A DNA stretch of 61,332 bases, filler included. It is 6 parts of 6 records of this genome, joined end to end, with 100 filler letters (N's around TTAATTAATTAA, not from the genome) between each part and the next. Parts side by side here need not be neighbours in the genome. Positions count along the whole stretch, not along the records: positions 37,834 to 61,332 come from SRR31156797_2696; 5 more parts are not named here. The stretch is one strand, 5' to 3'. The translations under genes were made by a program, and so were the position numbers. How positions within the stretch are numbered: the first letter of the stretch is position 1; each line of letters starts with the position of its first letter. A model generated the notes under the pieces. The model was not told the origin of the DNA. It ran no database searches and saw only the letters and a program-made list of their open reading frames with translations. This document shows positions 60,753-61,332 of the stretch, in pieces.

Positions 60753-61332
60753 TTATTTATTTAATGCACTCATCCATACTTTAACTTTTTTAACAATGTG
60801 AGGTGCTGTTAATTCGAATTTCTCAAGAAGTTCTTCTCCTTTTCCTGATTCTCCGAATCTGTCATATACTCCCACTCTTATTACTCTTGTAGGGCACTCT
60901 TCAGATACTGCTTCTGCTATTGCTCCTCCAAGACCACCAATTACACTGTGCTCTTCTGCTGTTAAGATAAATTTAGTCTCTTTTGCAGCTTTGATAACAG
61001 CTTCTTTATCAAGTGGTTTAATTGAACCGAAGTTAAGTACTCTTACCGAGATTCCCTCTTTTGCTAACTCTTCTGCTGCTTCTACAGCTTCTGCTACTAA
61101 CATTCCTGTTGCACAGATTGTTACATCTGTTCCTTCTTTTAATGTTACAGCTTTTCCTATTTCAAACTTATAATCTTCTCCAAATAATACTGAAGTGTTA
61201 AGTCTACCTAATCTTACATAAGCAGGACCATCCATTTCAGCTACTGCATTAATCATCTGCTTAGTTTCCTCTGCATCTGCAGGGCAAAGTACTGTCATTC
61301 CAGGAATAGTTCTCATAAGAGCTAAATCTTCG
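60753..61332 (-). CDS. Transketolase C-terminal subunit (5' end beyond the window)
   Basis: EDLALMRTIPGM...PAD, GPAYVRLGR, SIKPLD, EEHSVIGGLG, DRFGESG. Confidence 0.9.
   Translation of the reverse strand, partial: EDLALMRTIPGMTVLCPADAEETKQMINAVAEMDGPAYVRLGRLNTSVLFGEDYKFEIGKAVTLKEGTDVTICATGMLVAEAVEAAEELAKEGISVRVLNFGSIKPLDKEAVIKAAKETKFILTAEEHSVIGGLGGAIAEAVSEECPTRVIRVGVYDRFGESGKGEELLEKFELTAPHIVKKVKVWMSALNK

Overview
This window is not one genomic locus. It is six unrelated contigs joined by five 100-nt spacers (N44-TTAATTAATTAA-N44) at 5798-5897, 14347-14446, 23444-23543, 30171-30270 and 37734-37833, so gene context is only valid inside each block. Taxonomic assignments below are inferred from protein style and composition. 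Block 1 (1-5797, probably Desulfobacterota): a minus-strand cluster of a PatB/MalY C-S lyase, an AprA/AsfA-like flavoprotein, a ferredoxin split by a GltD-like module and a TctB-like transporter, ending in an ISNCY transposase fragment. Block 2 (5898-14346): Mrr-like endonuclease plus a complete type I R-M system (hsdM-hsdS-hsdR). Block 3 (14447-23443, Bacillota-like): glgB-glgP-glgC-glgD-glgA with a convergent, overlapping GH13 gene. Block 4 (23544-30170, Bacteroidota-like): two tandem pairs of an outer-membrane beta-barrel and an IPT/TIG-Kelch lipoprotein. Block 5 (30271-37733, Arcobacter-like): the 3' half of tmRNA, a decayed integrase, a fused BcgI-like R-M-S enzyme and housekeeping genes. 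Block 6 (37834-61332, very AT-rich, probably Fusobacteriota): a cellobiose-type PTS locus with an embedded Rep_3-like winged-helix gene, a guanidine-I (ykkC) riboswitch controlling a small Cys/His-rich protein, an alpha-galactoside ABC locus with LacI-type operators, two SemiSWEETs and an MCP. The best leads are the Rep_3-like protein in a regulator position next to an iteron-like repeat, the riboswitch and mini-protein unit, the putative organosulfur redox cluster, and the barrel plus Kelch lipoprotein pairs. All family names come from motif recognition; no database search was run.
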